Of a stretch of 64,000 nt of DNA, positions 39,568-54,619 are shown one piece after another. The position numbers were made by a program, and so were the translations under genes. The notes below the pieces were generated by a model. That model was not told where the DNA came from. It saw only the letters and a list, made by a program, of their open reading frames with translations, and ran no database searches. The stretch is from Eledone cirrhosa (taxonomy: Eukaryota), in contig OZ024741.1 of NCBI GenBank assembly GCA_964016885.1, forward strand, positions 220,100,001 through 220,164,000, written 5' to 3'. Each line of letters starts with the position of its first letter. Positions within the stretch are counted from its first letter, which is position 1.

Positions 39568-39759
39568 ACATACACACACAATAACGCGTGCGCGCACACA
39601 CACACGGAAGCACATACACACACAAATACTAAATGTAACAGAGAACGAATGTCAAAGAAAAGATTGTATGAGAGAGTGAGACAGAGAGGGGGAGATAGAG
39701 AGGGGGATATAGAGAGGGGGAGATAGAGAAGGGGATATATATATAGAGAGAGGCGGAGA

Positions 39760-41490
39760 GTAAGATGATGTATATAAAGAGATATATAAGGAGATAGAAA
39801 GACAGAGAAAGAGAGAGATATGATGTATATACAGTTATATATAAGGAGAGAGAGAGAGAGAGAGAGAGAGAGTGAGTGAAATGATGTATATAAAGTTATA
39901 TATAAGGAGAGAGAGAGAGAAAAAGTGAGAGAAATGATGTATATAAAGTTATATATAAGGAGAGAGAGAGAGAAATGATGTATATAAAGTTATATATAAG
40001 GAGAGAGAGAGAGAAATGATGTATATAAAGTGATATATAAGGAGAGAGAGAGAGGGAGAGAAAGAGAGAGAAATGATGTATATATAGTTATATATAAGGA
40101 GAGAGAGGGAGAGAAAGAGAGAGAAATGATGTATATAAAGAGATATATAAGGAGAGGGAGAGAGAAAGAGAGAGAGAGAGAAAGAGAAAGAGAGAGAAAT
40201 GATGTATATAAAGTTATATATAAGGAGAGAGAGAGAGAGAGAGAGAAAAAGAGAGAAATGATGTATATAAAGTTATATATAAGGAGAGAGAGAGAGAGGG
40301 AAAGAGAGAGAAATGATGTATATATAGTTATATATAAGGAGAGAGGGAGAGAAAGAGAGAGAAATGATGTATATAAAGTTATATATAAGGAGAGAGGGAG
40401 AGAGAGAGAGAGAGAGAAAGAAAGAGAGAAATGATGTATATAAAGTTATATATAAGGAGAGAGAGAGAGGGAAAGAGAGAGAAATGATGTATATATAGTT
40501 ATATATAAGGAGAGAGGGGAGAGAAAGAGAGAAATTATGTATATATAGTTATATATAAGGAGAGAGAGAGAGGGAGAGAAAGAGAGAGAAATGATGTATA
40601 TAAAGTTATATATGAGAGAGAGGGGGGGGGGGGGAGAAATGATGTATATATAGTTATATATAAGGAGAGAGAGTGAGAGAAAGAGAGAGAAATGATGTAT
40701 ATAAAGTTATATATAAGGAGAGAGAGGGAGAGAAAGAGAGAGAAATGATGTATATAAAGTTATATATAAGGAGAGAGAGAGAGGGGGAAAGAGAGAGAAA
40801 TGATGTATATATAGTTATATATAAGGAGAGAGAGGGAGAGAAAGAGAGAAATGATGTATATATAATTATATATAAGGAGAGAGAGGGAGAGAAAGAGTGA
40901 GAAATGATGTATATAAAGTTATATATGAGAGAGAGGGGGGGGGGCAGAAATGATGTATATATAGTTATATATAAGGAGAGAGAGTGAGAGAAAAAGAGAG
41001 AAATGATGTATATAAAGTTATATATAAGGAGAGAGAGGGAGAGAAAGAGAGAGAAATGATGTATATAAAGTTATATATAAGGAGATAGAGGGAGAGAAAG
41101 AGAGAGAAATGATGTATATATATTTATATATAACGAGAGAGAGAGGGGGGGAAGAGAGAGAAATGATGTATATATAGTTATATATAAGGAGAGAGAGAGA
41201 GAGAGAAAGAGAGAGAAATGATGTATATATAGTTATATAGAAGGAGAGAGAGGGAGAGAAAGAGAGAGAAATGATGTATATAAAGTTATATATAAGGAGA
41301 GAGAGAGAGGGAAAGAGAGAGAAATGATGTATTTAAAGTTATATATAAGGAGACAGAGAGAGAAATAATGTATATAAAGTTATATATAAGGAGAGAGAGG
41401 GAGAGAAAGAGAGAGAAATGATGTATATATAGTTATATATAAGGAGAGAGAGGGAGACGATGTATATGAAGTTATATATAAGGAGAGAAG
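39760..41490. repeat. Composite minisatellite AAATGATGTATATAWAGTTATATATAAGG plus variable (AG)n
   Basis: Constant ~29-bp core with variable-length GA linker. Confidence 0.9.
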
Positions 41491-41979
41491 GGGGACGATG
41501 AATATAAGGTATGATATAGAGAGGAAGGATGTTGGGCAAAAGAAGAATATAAAACAAAAGAGAGGAAGACAATGGGAGAGGAAGAGAGGCAGGAAAAGAG
41601 ATTGAGTGAAGAAGAGAGAGAAAGGAAAAGAAAAGAGAGATGCATGGAGAGAGAGGGGAGGGGGTGAGATATATAAAATGACAGAAAGAGAGAGAGAGAG
41701 AAGATAAAAGAAAGTCAACAAAAAGAGAGAGGGGGGAACGCAGGTAGATAGACAAAGAAAAGAAGTAAGGAAAAGACAGCGAGAGACTGACGGAGAGAGA
41801 GAGATAAATAGACAGAGAGGTAGGGAGAGAGAGAGGAAGAGAGAGATATACAAAGAGATAGCTAGAGAGAGAGAGAGAAAGAGAGACAGGGAGATAGCTA
41901 GAGAGAGAGACAGGGAAATAGCTAGATAGATAGAGAGAGAGAGACAGGGAGATAGATAGAGAGAGAGACAGGGAGATAG

Positions 41980-42044
<65 letters not shown>

Positions 42045-42084
42045 GAAAGAGAGAGACAGGGAGATAGCTAGCTAGCTAGCTAGC

Positions 42085-42147
<63 letters not shown>

Positions 42148-42528
42148 TGAGAGAGAGAGAGAGATAGAGAGAGAGAAAGAACGTAATAGGAAATGAAAGA
42201 AAAAGTGAGAGAGAGAGAAGTGAAAGAGTGAAAGAGAGAGAGAAGAGAGAAAAGAAAGAGAGAAAGAGTGAAGGAGAGAGAGAAGAGAGAAAGAGAAAGA
42301 GAGAGGGAGAGAGAGAAAGTCAGTCACATCACGTCACTTGCTAAGCAAACCAGGCTACGGTCGACTACACTCGGTAACAAGTACGGTTTCGCTTTTGAGA
42401 GCGTCTGTGCGTTTGTGTGTGTGTGCGTGTGTTTGTGATGTGATACTATGGTTTATAACGAACAGACGTTGTTTGCCATCAACTCATGTTAAACCTTTAT
42501 CACACTATTGGATAAGGGAAGGATACAG

Positions 42529-43008
42529 CATACTGGTGTGACAAGAGCCGGCCAAATAGTCGGTGGACACGACATACTGGTGTGACAAGAGCCGGCCAAA
42601 CAGTCGGTGGATACGACATACTGGTGTGACAAGAACCGGCCAAACAGTCGGTGGATACGACATACTGGTGTGACAAGAGCCGGCCAAATAGTCGGTGGAT
42701 ACGACATACTGGTGTGACAAGAGCCGGCCAAATAGTCGGTGGACACGACATACTGGTGTGACAAGAACCGGCCAAATAGTCGGTGGACACGACATACTGG
42801 TGTGACAAGAGCCGGCCAAATAGTCGGTGGACACGACATACTGGTGTGACAAGAACCGGCCAAACAGTCGGTGGATACGACATACTGGTGTGACAGGAGC
42901 CGGCCAAATAGTCGGTGGATACGACATACTGGTGTGACAAGAACCGGCCAAACAGTCGGTGGATACGACATACTGGTGTGACAGGAGCCGGCCAAATAGT
43001 CGGTGGAT
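42529..43008. repeat. 44-bp minisatellite (about 11 copies)
   Basis: CATACTGGTGTGACAAGAGCCGGCCAAATAGTCGGTGGAYACGA. Confidence 0.95.
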
Positions 43009-43139
43009 ATTACAGACATCGTTCTACAGCTTTCTGGAGTTTACCACGGTGATGTTTTGTTGTGGACACACACAGGTAAGGAAACGAATTGTTTTGTTGT
43101 TGTTGTTTAATTTATCGCTTGTAACAAACATGTGTCTAT

Positions 43140-43485
43140 GTTGCCTGCCACATGTGTGTAGTCTGCCACAACACATCATGCGTAGCGCCTGCTACATGTG
43201 ATGTGACGCTTGTCATAAGTGTGTATCTTTCCACATGTGTACCACCTGCTACGTGTGGGAAACCTGCCACATGTGTGCAGTCGACCACATGGGTATCGCA
43301 TGCTACATGTGTGTGCAGTCAGCCACATGTGTGTCGTCGCCCACATGTGTGCCGCCTGCCACATGTGTGTAGTCGGTCACACGTGTGTGGCCTGCTACAT
43401 GTGTGTGCAGTCAGCCACGTGTGTGCCGTCAGCCACATGTGTGCCGTCACCAACATGTGTGTCGCCCGCCACATGTGTCACCATC
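43140..43485. repeat. Degenerate CCACATGTGTG-based repeat
   Basis: Recurrent palindromic CACATGTG core. Confidence 0.7.
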
Positions 43486-43937
43486 CACGAGGGTCTGCGG
43501 TATTTCATTATGTCCAACTTAACTTTATGTTTATCTAACTCCATCTATTTTTTCCGGCCGTCAATTTCTGTGTACGTGTGTGTGTAGTTGTGTGTGTGTG
43601 TGTAGTTGTGTGTGTGTCTGAGTAGTTGTGTGTGTGTGTGTTTAGTTATGTGTGTGTGTTTAGTTATGTGTGTGTCTAGTTGTGTGTGTGTGTAGTTGTG
43701 TGTGTGTGTGTGTAGTTGTGTGTGTGTGTGAGTAGTTGTGTGTGTGTGTAGTTGTGTGTTTAGTTAGGTGTGTGTGTAGTTGTGTGTGTGTTTAGTTATG
43801 TGTGTGTCTAGTTGTGTGTGTGTGTCTAGTTGTGTGTGTGCGTATGTGTGTGTACGTACGTATGAATGTAAGCATGCATGTTTGTATGTATATATGTATA
43901 TATGTATTTATGCATATATGTATATATGTATGTATGC

Positions 43938-43970
<33 letters not shown>

Positions 43971-45850
43971 TGTATGTATGTATGTATGTATGTATGTATG
44001 TACGCATATATGTATGTATATATATATGCGATGTATATATGTGCACATATGAGAGGGGACATGTGTGTATATATTTGTATATACCTGGGTATGTGTATAT
44101 TATATATATATATATGTGTGTGTATGGTTGTGTATTTATATGTCTATATGTAAATACGTGTGTATGTGTATATGGGTGCATGTGAGTATATGTATGTTTA
44201 TATGTGTGTATGTGCGTAAGTGTGTGTACACGTGTGTATGTGTGTATGATTGTGTATTTATATTTTTATATGTAAATATGTGCGTATGTGTATGTATGCT
44301 TATGTATGTATATGTGTATATGTGTGTATTTATATGTCTACAAGTAAATATGTGTGTACGTGTGTATCTGTATGTCTGTATGTGTATGTGAGTATATATC
44401 TGTGTGTATGTGTGTACATATATGTCTATGTGTGTGTATGTGTATGTGTATATATGTCTATGTGTGTGTATGTGTATGTGCACATATATGTCTATGTGTG
44501 TGTATGTGTAAATATGTATATGTATATCTGTGTTTATACGCCTCGGTAACTTTATGTCTATGTGTGTGTATGTACATATATGTCTATGTGTGTGCAAGTG
44601 TGTATGTCTGTGTGTGTGTATGTGCGTGTATATACATATATGTCTATGTATGTGTAAGTGTGTATGTGTATGCGTGTACATATATGTCTATGTATGTGTA
44701 AGTGGGTATGTCTATATGTATGTGTATGTGTGTACATATATGTCTATATGTGTGTATGTCTATATGTGTGTATGTGTGTATGTGTGCACATATATGTCTA
44801 TGTGTATGTAAGTGTGTATGTCTATATGTATGTGTATGTGTGTACATATATGTCTATATGTGTGTATGTGTGTATGTGTGTATGTGTGTACATATATGTC
44901 TATGTGTATGTAGGTGTGTATGTCTATATGTATGTGTATGTGTGTACATATATGTCTATATGTGTGTATGTGTGTATGTGTGTATGTGTGTATGTGTGTA
45001 TGTGTGTACATATATGTCTATGTATATGTAGGTGTGCATGTCTATATGTATGTGTATGTGTGTACATATATGTCTATATGTGTGTATGTGTGTACATATA
45101 TGTCTATGTATATATAGGTGTGCATGTCTATATGTATGTGTATGTGTGTACATATATGTGTGTATGTGTGTATGTGTGTACATATATGTCTATGTATATG
45201 TAGGTGTGTATGTCTATATGTATGTGTATGTGTGTAGATATATGTCTATGTGTATGTAAGTGTGTATGTGTATATGTATATGTATGTTTCTACGCCTCGG
45301 TAACTTTATGTCAGCTGCTAGAGGTACGTTCTCTTCATCTTGTTTGGAATATCTTTCTCACCTTAAATATTTACACACACATACCTGCCACTATTTATCT
45401 GCCTGTCTATATATCTACCTGACTAGCTATCCATATACCCCCCCCCCCCCGGACAACAACTCATTCCCTTCTTTAGGTGCCACTTCAGAAGGGGAATCAG
45501 AGTGGAGAAAAAGGCACTGCACCCCAGTAAATTTACTGAAAGGTGGGTGAATATGGCAATAAGGGCCCGAGTGATTGGGCCTTCTCTGTATATAAACCTG
45601 TAGGTTGAAGAAGAGAGCAAAGGGAAGAAAGGGGCACTTGGACAACACTCTCCCGAAGTTGAGGGTTGTTCTATCTACGGGGTATTAAACAACCCCTTTG
45701 TACCGTTCCCCCCTATTGGGGATTTCGATTGTTATATTTTAATGTTAAAACTTTTTACACGACTGTATGTAAAATACCCGGCATATGTCTTTGAATTGTC
45801 CCCTTTTCTTGTGCGCCCTTGTGGCAAATAAAGAAATCTATCTATCTATA

Positions 45851-45897
<47 letters not shown>

Positions 45898-45952
45898 TTA
45901 TTTCACCTTCTATCTCACCTTCCATCACATTCTCTTCCTCTCTTTCTCTCTC

Positions 45953-45993
<41 letters not shown>

Positions 45994-46023
45994 ATACATA
46001 TATATGTGTGTGTGTATGTACGG

Positions 46024-46101
<78 letters not shown>

Positions 46102-46490
46102 CATGTATATATATATATGTGTGTGTGTGTGTATGTGTGTGTGTGTGTGTGTATAGATGCGGTCATAGGTGTGTTATAACTTCGCAGCCACGTGCATATG
46201 CGTTCAATCCCGCTGCACCGCAACTTAGGTAAGCGCCCATGCTATACCCTCAAATAGAATAGAGGGAAACTGAAGGGAATCTTATTGAATCTGGTCAAAT
46301 GACTCCTGTAGGGTAGAACACATGTGGAAGGAAATGGTAAACCACATAGGTAAGTGGGAGGGTGTATGACTGATAACACACAGGTTACACACACACTCAC
46401 ACACTCACACACTCACACACTCACACACTCACACGCTCACACTCACACACTCACACACACACATATATATGTAGTTATGTGTATATAGAC

Positions 46491-46534
<44 letters not shown>

Positions 46535-46565
46535 ATACTTGGGGAGGGTCATATTGTTATAATAT

Positions 46566-46627
46566 TGGAATGGAACCCACAACCTCAGGATTGCAAATCC
46601 AATTCTCTAACCACTCAGCGACATGCC

Positions 46628-46630
<3 letters not shown>
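46566..46630 (-). mobile_element. tRNA-like SINE head fragment
   Basis: Reverse complement GAAGGCATGTCGCTGAGTGGTTAGAG..GGGTTCCATTCC is A/B-box-like. Confidence 0.5.
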
Positions 46631-46712
<82 letters not shown>

Positions 46713-46894
46713 CTGTGTGTGTGTGTGTCTGTCTTTACACGCACGCGACACATTTTTATATATGAATGTTTGTGCTTCTGTATAAGTAAATATAAAAGTA
46801 TATAACAGGTTTACATACATATATACATACATACATACGTACATATATACATACATAAATACATACATACAAACATATATACATACAAACATAT

Positions 46895-46927
<33 letters not shown>

Positions 46928-47001
46928 GTACATACACACATACATACATACAAACACATACATACAAACTTATAGACATACATACAAATATACATACATA
47001 C

Positions 47002-47192
47002 CTGAACTTGGATTTGTGGACAAAAAGTGCAGCTCCCTAATTCATAGACTACAAATGGCTGCAATAGGTGGCACCTTCTAAATTTGCAAAACATTCTTGC
47101 AATTCAAGGGATGACAATTTCTTTTCTTTTACAACCTTGCCACCAGGAAGGTGGCCGGTCAAACATATACTCGAAATTAAGAGAATGAGAAA
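47002..47192 (+). mobile_element. Short 3' fragment of an R4/Dong-like LINE within (CATA)n
   Basis: Similar to 47733-47927; flanked by (CATA)n. Confidence 0.75.
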
Positions 47193-47222
47193 CATACATA
47201 TATACATACATATATATATATA

Positions 47223-47256
<34 letters not shown>

Positions 47257-47429
47257 CATATATACATGCATACATACATACATATATACATGCATACATA
47301 CATACATACATGCATACATATATACATACACACATACATACATACGTACATACATACATACATACATACATACATACATACATACATACATACATACATA
47401 CATACATACATACATACATACATACATAA

Positions 47430-47927
47430 GAATATATTGAGACAGATGGCACTAAGGAATACTGGTGGAACCTGAAAATAAAAACTGCCACCAAATTAAA
47501 GCACAACCGGCCTGATATTGTAGTTTGGGACCACACATTGAAAACGTGTTCTGTTGTGGAGATCAGCTGCCCACTTGATGTAAACGTTGTCAGAAAAATA
47601 CAGGAGAAGGAGGACAACAACGGACCATTGATGAGGAGTTTACAAATCCAGTATCCAAGATACATCTTTAGCTTCATACCCATCATTATTGGTGCTACGG
47701 GTTATATACCAACCCGCTTGGACCAAAGTATGACTGAACTTGGATTTGCGGACAAAAAGCGCAGCTCCCTAATTCATAGTCTACAAATGGCTGCGATAGC
47801 TGGCACCTTCAAAATTTGTAAAACATTCTTGCGATTCAAGGGATGACAATTTCTTTTCTTTTACAACCTTGCCACCATGAAGGTGGCCGGTCAAAAAAAT
47901 ATACTCGAAATTAAGAGAAAGAGAAAA
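47430..47927 (+). pseudogene. 3' end of an R4/Dong-like non-LTR retrotransposon (RLE domain) within (CATA)n
   Basis: KHNRPDIVVWD..VVEISCPLD.NV..K..EK..IPIIIGATG (PD..D/ExK restriction-like endonuclease); 3' UTR runs into (CATA)n. Confidence 0.85.
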
Positions 47928-48091
47928 CATACATACATATATATATGCATACATACATACATATATACATGCATACATACATACATATATACATGCATAC
48001 ATACGTACATACAATCATACATACATACATACATACATACATACATACATACATACATGCATACGTACATACAACATACATACATACATAC

Positions 48092-48645
48092 ATGGTGGCT
48101 GCCAACTCGTTTTCGAGTACGGCCACTACTTTATATCCATGTAGGAGAACCCCTACCGATGCGCTGAACGAATGTGACTTTTTAGTCCAGCCAGCGACTT
48201 GAAAACTCTGGTACAAAGACTACACTTGTGACCATTATTGACACATAGTGCAGGGCCCATGGTACCATGTGATGACAAGTGCAGAGAGATCTCCAGATAT
48301 AAAGCAATGCCTGTGCTGTGAAGCTTTTATAGTGAGCAAAGGCACTGCACAAAGCCAGTCCCACTCTCTTAACCAAGATGATATTTATCAAAAAGAAGAA
48401 CAAGTCAACATCATTGGATACCATCAGGGTTGCAGGTGTTATATCAGAGTTTTCCTGCTCCTAGATTTCTGTCTTGACAAAGGCTAAGGGGTCATCTCTC
48501 CCAGTGATTTTGGATGGCTATTGACTCTTAAGAGCTCCTTTGCCCTTTGACAGGTTTTGTTTTTAGTCCTGCAGGATGTCCAAAGTCACCCTCCTCACCA
48601 AGAAACCTTGGTGGGGTTGCCAGTTTAGTCGCCAACGACCCGACC
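48092..48645 (-). mobile_element. Internally deleted RTE-like element (putative 5' UTR joined to C-terminal C2H2 finger and 3' end)
   Basis: Reverse complement encodes HKCSLCTRVFKSLAGLKSHIRSAHR*, then GTACTCGAAAACGAG hairpin and (TATG)n; begins GGGTCGTTGGCGACTAAACTGGCAACCCC. Confidence 0.55.
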
Positions 48646-48759
48646 ATACATACATACATACATACATACATTCATACATACATACATTCATACATACATA
48701 CATACATACATATATACATACATAGATTCATACATACATACATACATACATACATACAC

Positions 48760-48792
<33 letters not shown>

Positions 48793-48830
48793 CATGCATA
48801 CATACATGCATACATACATACATACATACA

Positions 48831-48860
<30 letters not shown>

Positions 48861-48861
<1 letters not shown>

Positions 48862-49058
48862 GACTGAACTTGGATTTGTGGACAAAAAGCGCAGCTCCCT
48901 AATTCATAGTCTACAAATGGCTGCGATAGCTGGCACCTTCAAAATTTGCAAAACATTCTTGCGATTCAAGGGATGACAATTTCTTTTCTTTTACAACCTT
49001 GCCACCAGGAAGGTGGCCGGTCAAAAAAATATACTCGAAATTAAGAGAAAGAGAAAAA
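48861..49058 (+). mobile_element. Third R4/Dong-like 3' fragment within (CATA)n
   Basis: Near-identical to 47731-47927. Confidence 0.8.
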
Positions 49059-49143
49059 ATACATACATACATACAATCATACATACATACATGCATACAT
49101 GCATACATACATACAATCATACATACATACATACATACATACG

Positions 49144-49177
<34 letters not shown>

Positions 49178-49220
49178 CATACATACATTCATAAATACAT
49201 ACATACATACACACATACAC

Positions 49221-49253
<33 letters not shown>

Positions 49254-49287
49254 CATGCATACATACATATATACATACATACATACA

Positions 49288-49321
<34 letters not shown>

Positions 49322-49398
49322 CATACATACATACATACATACATACATACATACATACATACATACATACATACATACATACATACATACATACATAC

Positions 49399-49429
<31 letters not shown>

Positions 49430-49578
49430 CATACATACATACATACATACATACATACATGCAATCAACAATATTTTACGATATAACCAGTTATTCCATA
49501 CTATAAGTATATTTTACTCCATTATGAGCTACATGCCACCATTTCCCTAATCAAAGACGATTTCTTCGCCGCCGCCGC

Positions 49579-49640
<62 letters not shown>

Positions 49641-49964
49641 GCAGCAGCAGTAGCAGCAGTAGCAGCAGCACCACTACGACCAACGCCAACATCAACACCA
49701 CCACTATTGCTTCCGTCACTGCCATCATCACCATCACTACTACCAACAGCTATCATCATCATCATCATTATCAACAACACCACTATCACCAACATCAGCA
49801 CCACCACCACTGTTAACTCCGTCACTGCCATCATCGCCACCACTACTACCATCACCATCATCAACATCATCACCACTTCCATCACCAACACTACCAGCAT
49901 CATACCTTCACCCCTACCCCGCCATCTATCTACCCTACCACTGCTATCAACATCAACACCAGCA

Positions 49965-52065
49965 CTACTATAACCACTACCCCACCATCACTACCACTAC
50001 CTTCACCACTACCCCACCATCACTACCACTACTATAACCACTACCCCACCATCACTACCACTACTATAACCACTACCCCACCATCACCACCACTACTATA
50101 ACCACTACCCCACCATCACCACCACTACTATAACCACTACCCCACCATCACTACCACTACCTTCACCACTACCCCACCATCACCACCACTACCTTCACCA
50201 CCACCCCACCATCACCACCGTACCTTCACCACCACCCCTCCATCACCACCACTACCTTCACCACCACCCCTCCATCACCACCACTACCTTCACCACCACC
50301 CCACCATCACCACCGTACCTTCACCACCACCCCTCCATCACCACCACTACCTTCACCACTACCCCACCATCACCACCACTACCTTCACCACTACCCCACC
50401 ATCACCACCGTACCTTCACCACTACCCCTCCATCACCACCACTACCTTCACCACTATCCCACCATCACCACCACTACCTTCACCACTATCCCACCATCAC
50501 CACCACTACCTTCACCACTACCCCTCCATCACCACCACTACCTTCACCACTACCCCACCATCACCACCGTACCTTCACCACTACCCCCACCATCACCACC
50601 ACTACCTTCACCACTACCCCACCATCACCACCACTACCTTCACCACTACCCCACCATCACCACCGTACCTTCACCACTACCCCTCCATCACCACCACTAC
50701 CTTCACCACTATCCCACCATCACCACCACTACCTTCACCACTATCCCACCATCACCACCACTACCTTCACCACTACCCCTCCATCACCACCACTACCTTC
50801 ACCACTACCCCACCATCACCACCGTACCTTCACCACTACCCCCACCATCACCACCACTACCTTCACCACTACCCCACCATCACCACCACTACCTTCACCA
50901 CTACCCCACCATCACCACCGTACCTTCACCACTATCCCACCATCACCACCACTACCTTCACCACCACCCCACCATCACCACCACTACCATCACCACTACC
51001 CCACCATCACCACCACTACCTTCACCACTACCCCATCACCACCACCACTACCTTCACCACTACCCCATCACCACCACCACTACCTTCACCACTACCCCAT
51101 CACCACCACCACTACCATCACCATCAACACCATCACCATCACCATCAACACCACCATCAACACCATCACCATCACCATCCACACCACCATCACTACCACA
51201 ATCAACATCAACACCACCACTACTATTACCACTACACCACTATCACGATCACCATCACCATCACCATCATCACCATCACCATCAACATCAACATCATAAT
51301 CATCACCACCATCACCACCATCACCATCACCATCATCATCACCACCATCACAACCATCACCATCACCACCACCACCACCACCACCACCACCACCACCACC
51401 ACCACCACCATCACCACCACCACCACCACCACCACCACCACCATCACCACCACCATCACCACCACCAACCACCACCACCACCACCACCATCACCACCATC
51501 ACCACCAACCACCACCACCACCACCACCACCATCACCACCACCATCACCACCAACCACCACCACCACCACCACCACCACCACCACCACCACCACCACCAC
51601 CACCACCATCACCACCACCACCACCACCACCACCACCACCATCACCACCACCATCACCACCACCAACCACCACCACCACCACCACCATCACCACCATCAC
51701 CACCAACCACCACCACCATCACCACCATCACCATCACCACCATCACCACCACCACCACCACCACCACCACCACCACCACCACCACCACCACCACCACCAC
51801 CACCACCACCATCACCACCACCAACCACCACCACCACCACCACCACCACCACCACCACCACCACCACCACCACCACCACCACCACCACCACTACCACCAC
51901 CACCACCACCACCACCACCATCACCACCAACCACCACCACCACCACCACCACCACCACCACCACCACCACCACCACCACTACCACCACCACCACCACCAC
52001 CACCACCATCACCACCAACCACCACCACCACCACCATCACCACCACCACCACCACCACCACCTCA
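49965..52065. repeat. 32-bp CAC-rich minisatellite grading into (CAC)n/(CAT)n
   Basis: CCCCACCATCACCACCACTACCTTCACCACTA periodicity. Confidence 0.9.
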
Positions 52066-52126
52066 ACATCTGCTCCAACCACAACACTACGAATATCTCC
52101 GTCGCTGTCTCAATAAATTACATTTC

Positions 52127-52158
<32 letters not shown>

Positions 52159-52189
52159 ACGGTGGTGGTATTGGCTGTGGTGTTGTCGA

Positions 52190-53060
52190 TAGTGATGGTG
52201 ATTGTAGTGGTGGTGGTAGTACTGTTGGTGGTGATGGTGATTGTAGTGGTGGTGGTAGTACTGTTGGTGGTGATGGTGATTGTAGTGGTGGTGGTAGTAC
52301 TGTTGGTGGTGATGGTGATTGTAGTGGTGGTGGTAGTACTGTTGGTGGTGATGGTGATTGTAGTGGTGGTGGTAGTACTGTTGGTGGTGATGGTGATTGT
52401 AGTGGTGGTGGTAGTACTGTTGGTGGTGATGGTGATTGTAGTGGTGGTGGTAGTACTGTTGGTGGTGATGGTGATTGTAGTGGTGGTGGTAGTACTGTTG
52501 GTGGTGATGGTGATTGTAGTGGTGGTGGTAGTACTGTTGGTGGTGATGGTGATTGTAGTGGTGGTGGTAGTACTGTTGGTGGTGATGGTGATTGTAGTGG
52601 TGGTGGTAGTACTGTTGGTGGTGATGGTGATTGTAGTGGTGGTGGTAGTACTGTTGGTGGTGATGGTGATTGTAGTGGTGGTGGTAGTACTGTTGGTGGT
52701 GATGGTGATTGTAGTGGTGGTGGTAGTACTGTTGGTGGTGATGGTGATTGTAGTGGTGGTGGTAGTACTGTTGGTGGTGATGGTGATTGTAGTGGTGGTG
52801 GTAGTACTGTTGGTGGTGATGGTGATTGTAGTGGTGGTGGTAGTACTGTTGGTGGTGATGGTGATTGTAGTGGTGGTGGTAGTACTGTTGGTGGTGATGG
52901 TGATTGTAGTGGTGGTGGTAGTACTGTTGGTGGTGATGGTGATTGTAGTGGTGGTGGTAGTACTGTTGGTGGTGATGGTGATTGTAGTGGTGGTGGTAGT
53001 ACTGTTGGTGGTGATGGTGATTGTAGTGGTGGTGGTAGTACTGTTGGTGGTGATGGTGTT
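52190..53060. repeat. Homogeneous 39-bp GTG-rich minisatellite (about 22 copies)
   Basis: GTGATGGTGATTGTAGTGGTGGTGGTAGTACTGTTGGTG; explains the spurious 439-aa and 558-aa ORFs. Confidence 0.95.
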
Positions 53061-53541
53061 CCTGATATTAGTGGTAGTGGTGATAATTGTGGTGGTGTTG
53101 ATGATGATGATGGCTGTGATGATGATGGTGGTGGTGATGGTGATGATTGTGATGATGATGGTTTTGATGGTGATGACTTTGATGATGATGGTTGTGATGG
53201 TGATGACTGTGATGATGATGGTTGTGATGATGGTTGTGATGGTGATGGTGATGATGATGGTTATGATGATGGTGTTGATGATGGTTGTGATGGTGATGGT
53301 GATGATGATGATGATGGTGATGATAGTGATGATTGTGATGATTGTGATGATGGTGATGGTGATGGTGATGATGATGATGGTGATGATGATGGTGATGATT
53401 GTGATGATGATGGTGATGATGATGATGATGGTGATGATCGTGTTGTAGGTGAAGGTGATGATGACGCCAATGCTGACGACCGTGTATTTTGTGGGAACAC
53501 TGTTAATGGAGGCGGTGGTGGTGGCGGTGTTGATGATGGTT

Positions 53542-53578
<37 letters not shown>

Positions 53579-53720
53579 CGACGACGACGACGCTGATGGT
53601 GGCGACGACGGCGCTGATGGTGGCGGCGACGACGCTGATGTTAGTTCCGGCTGTATCAACTATGTAACTATAGCTGCAAATAAATGTCGTGCTGATAATA
53701 TTATGTGGTGTGTGTTGTGT

Positions 53721-53798
<78 letters not shown>

Positions 53799-53799
53799 T

Positions 53800-54135
53800 A
53801 AAGAGTTAATTAAGATTCAATGAGTATATCAAAGAATGAGTTTTACAGTAGATTGGAAGCACTCTACAGTTATATATATAATATTTTCCAGAGTTATTAA
53901 TATTAAATTCAAATATTAATAAAATAGATGTTCTTGTGATCAATTAAATGTTATTATACATATAATTAAATCTTGATTAAATTTTAACCATCTAACATCT
54001 CAGGGTATGTCATATATCATTTTATTTTATCTGATGAAGACGTACTGTTGAACCTGAATCAAGTACCTCTTAAATATGTATAATAAAATTTAATTGATCA
54101 CAAGAACATCTATTTTATTAATATTTGAATTTAAA
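53800..54135 (+). mobile_element. (TA)n-flanked PLE pLTR cassette with degenerate hammerhead (~54025-54088) and inverted tail
   Basis: UUUUAU-CUGAUGA..GUAC..GUAC..uAAA uaugu AUA-AUAAAA; ~53905-53948 is the inverse of ~54090-54133; AGCACTCTACAGTT shared with 13723. Confidence 0.55.
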
Positions 54136-54336
54136 ATATATATATATATATATATATATATGCATGCATACATATATGTGTGTGTGTACACACAACAAAT
54201 ATATATATATACATACATATGTGTGTACACACAACAAATATATATATATATATATTTTACTCTTTTACCCTTTTACCTGTTCCAGCCATCCGGCTGAGGC
54301 CATGCTGATGTGTGTGTGTCTGTGTGTGTGTGGTGT

Positions 54337-54619
54337 GGAGGCACGTGGCCAAGTGGTAAGAGTGTTGGACTTACGATCATAATACCGTGGGTTCGATTCC
54401 TGGGCTTGCGTGTTGTGTTCTTGAGCAAAACACTTCATTTCACGTTGCTCCAGTATACTCACCTGGAAATGAGTACCAGCAATAGCTGGAGGTTTAATCC
54501 TGCGAAGAACTGGCGTCCTGTCCAGGAGGGGGGGGCTCTTGTACTCTCAGTCACTTCACGCCATGAAACCGGGATAAGCACCGGCCAAATGAGCCTTCTG
54601 GCTTAAGACAGACTTGAGA

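Noticed and set aside
45460-45900. Possible LINE 3' UTR ending GGCAAATAAAGAA(ATCT)n
   Set aside because: No coding remnant to support a family call
48182-48487. Short ORFs as a host zinc-finger exon
   Set aside because: Single C2H2-like finger followed by a stop and a microsatellite tail; fits an RTE-like C-terminus better than a host gene
52110-53786. 558-aa Thr/Ile-rich and 439-aa Val/Met-rich ORFs (mucin-like)
   Set aside because: Products of a 39-bp and trinucleotide repeat open on both strands; no non-repetitive domain
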